Shown one piece after another: positions 6,474 through 7,622 of a stretch of DNA of 7,622 nucleotides. The position numbers and the translations under genes are program-made. The notes under the pieces were generated by a model that was not told the DNA's origin, did no database searches, and saw nothing but the letters and a program-made list of their open reading frames with translations. Origin of the DNA: a plasmid; sequence record NZ_OW969908.1; one strand, given 5' to 3'. Positions within the stretch are counted from its first letter, which is position 1. Every line of letters begins with the position of its first letter.

Positions 6474-6730
6474 GGGGTCAGTTTGGATATAGATAATTAT
6501 TGTACGGTAAGCCTGTTTTTTGAACAGGCTTACCTGTAGCAATAGGGTGTACTCCCGCGCTATACAGCGTTTTCAGGGGATTTTGTCTTAATCGGATAAC
6601 CTAAATGCGATACAGCAAGAGCGACAACCTAAAAGCGATAGCCACTGACGATAAATCAATCACTTACGTATCCTAATTGGTTAAATAATGTGCTTAACGT
6701 ACAAAAATTTCCGATCTCCAAACTGACCCC
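6474..6730. mobile_element. Non-coding miniature element bounded by imperfect 38-bp Tn3-type inverted repeats (TIME-like element or internally deleted Tn3-family remnant)
   Basis: Left end 6474..6511 is ggggtcagtttggatatagataattattgtacggtaag. The reverse complement of the right end 6693..6730 is ggggtcagtttggagatcggaaatttttgtacgttaag. The first 14 nt are identical, 32/38 match overall, and both begin GGGGTC and end ACGKTAAG as in the Tn3 IR (…CACGTTAAG). Only 257 bp separate the ends and there is no ORF. The interior carries a 12-bp-stem hairpin (6506..6534) and a 15-bp direct repeat, aacctaaaWgcgata, at 6598..6612 and 6626..6640. Confidence 0.5.
6506..6534. repeat. Strong hairpin ggtaagcctgtt-ttttg-aacaggcttacc (12-bp perfect stem)
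   Basis: Exact complementarity is seen in the sequence. It overlaps the inner end of the left miniature-element IR. There is no downstream T-tract, so it is not a classic terminator. Confidence 0.6.
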
Positions 6731-7622
6731 TTAAGGGGCATACTTATTTTTGTCAGCAAGGTGGTGCTGTTTTTGTTACAGCCTCAATTGATCACCAGTC
6801 TATATGTGAATATGTGCTAGGACCAAAATGGAGATGGCATGATACTGGTAAATCCAAAAGCTATAAACGATGGGACGATGTGAGATCTATAGACCTAGTT
6901 GAACTTTTGTTCGCTCTTGATAATTATCGCTGATAATTAAGCATAAAAAGTCTAATGCCCCAATGTGGTACTAATCAAAACGGAGCGAAGCGACAACGTC
7001 TTTTTGTCTTTGCTTTTCTCCATGATCGGCTATTGGGTCATGGCTTCTTAGCTCTCTAATCTAGCTAAGTCTGGTCAGGTTGGGCTTCTCTCGACGGTAC
7101 AATCCTAGAAACCCTGGTCCGTTGATTGGTGCTCTTATCAGGTACGCACTGTAATCTTTCGATACCGCAGCGTGATTCGGAGGCAGAGCCGTCATTTCGT
7201 GTGACGGTACGTTACTACCACAATTTGCCTGTTTATCCTTTCGGAGACCGGGCTAAGTCCGAGTCAATCAAGTGGTGCATTTGAGTTAATGTCGTTGAAT
7301 GGTTTTAAGGAAGTAGTGACAAGCTAGCTTCCCATTGCTAAGATTGGATTGTCTAGGTCTGATCTTAGCAACGAATGCACCGAATCAGATTAGCAGAGCC
7401 GGAGTGATGTCACAATCATTTCGGCTCTGCGCTTTCTGGACTTAAGCAAAAAATCCCCTCGTATTTCAATCTGCAACGCTCGCCGCAAGATGCAAACTGG
7501 TTTTGCATCGAGGAAGCGTCATATCACTGAATCCTTGCAGAATGCACGGTCACACCGATGTTTCCAGATCACAGCGTACCCGTTTCAGCGCGGTCAGTAA
7601 TTTTTCAGAGTCAAAATTCAAC
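6731..7622. other. ORF-free structured region (~0.9 kb): candidate replication-control / structured ncRNA region
   Basis: No ORF longer than about 35 codons was found on either strand, and nothing enters from the right edge. Several stable stem-loops are present: ttgctaagat-N17-atcttagcaa (7335..7371), cagagccg-N20-cggctctg (7396..7431) and gatgcaaa-ctggt-tttgcatc (7489..7509). Short motifs recur (gcagagccg x2, gctaagtc x2, catttcg x2). GC is about 44%. The function is not assignable from sequence alone. Confidence 0.3.

Noticed and set aside
6955-7059. 34-codon ATG ORF (MPQCGTNQNGAKRQRLFVFAFLHDRLLGHGFLAL) in the ORF-free region
   Set aside because: It has no Shine-Dalgarno sequence and no recognisable features. 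It is too short to support without conservation data. It is noted only as something to re-examine if homologues conserve it.
7396-7431. Hairpin cagagccg…cggctctg with an AGC near the 5' stem base, considered as a group II intron domain V
   Set aside because: The loop is 20 nt rather than a GNRA tetraloop on a ~14-bp bulged helix. No intron-encoded protein ORF or 5' GUGYG boundary is present.
6731-7622. ColE1-type RNAI/RNAII replication-control region
   Set aside because: There is no recognisable similarity to the ColE1/pMB1 RNAI sequence or its three-stem-loop layout as I recall it. The replicon hypothesis is kept only in generic form.
1-7622. CRISPR arrays, tRNA/rRNA genes
   Set aside because: No regularly spaced direct repeats of 25-40 bp and no cloverleaf-compatible or rRNA-like segments were seen on inspection.

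Overview
This window is a mosaic piece of a small mobilizable plasmid (enterobacterial-type, about 52% GC) that carries two nested or adjacent Tn3-family elements. In order, it contains: (1) An RSF1010-like MOBQ mobilization module. It has a partial mobC on the minus strand (1..314), an oriT whose IR + TAAGTGCG|C nic core closely matches the R1162/RSF1010 oriT, a short relaxase-only mobA (482..1417), and a translationally coupled membrane-anchored mobB-like gene (1420..1950). (2) A non-coding stretch ending in a cer/dif-like XerC/XerD core site (2199..2227). Its XerD arm overlaps the stop codon of the next gene. (3) An AT-rich islet (about 30% GC, roughly 2228..2780) encoding one 147-aa protein. 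Its N-terminus is a clear ribbon-helix-helix DNA-binding domain and its roughly 100-aa C-terminal domain is unrecognised. It has its own promoter and repeat-rich operator-like region. (4) A compact Tn3-family transposon of 3,664 bp (2805..6468). It has perfect 38-bp terminal IRs (GGGG...CTAAG), divergent tnpR (serine resolvase) and tnpA (965-aa DDE transposase) around a res region, and an intact 5-bp TGTTA target-site duplication. Both gene stop codons lie inside the IRs. (5) A 257-bp non-coding element (6474..6730) bounded by imperfect 38-bp Tn3-type IRs (GGGGTC...ACGKTAAG). It sits directly after the transposon's TSD and is interpreted as a TIME-like miniature element or a deletion remnant. 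(6) An ORF-free region of about 0.9 kb (6731..7622) rich in stable stem-loops. It may be a replicon-control or structured-RNA region, but this is unproven. No CRISPR arrays, rRNA or tRNA were seen. The least-explained items are the RHH-fusion gene in the AT-rich islet and the long ORF-free structured region.
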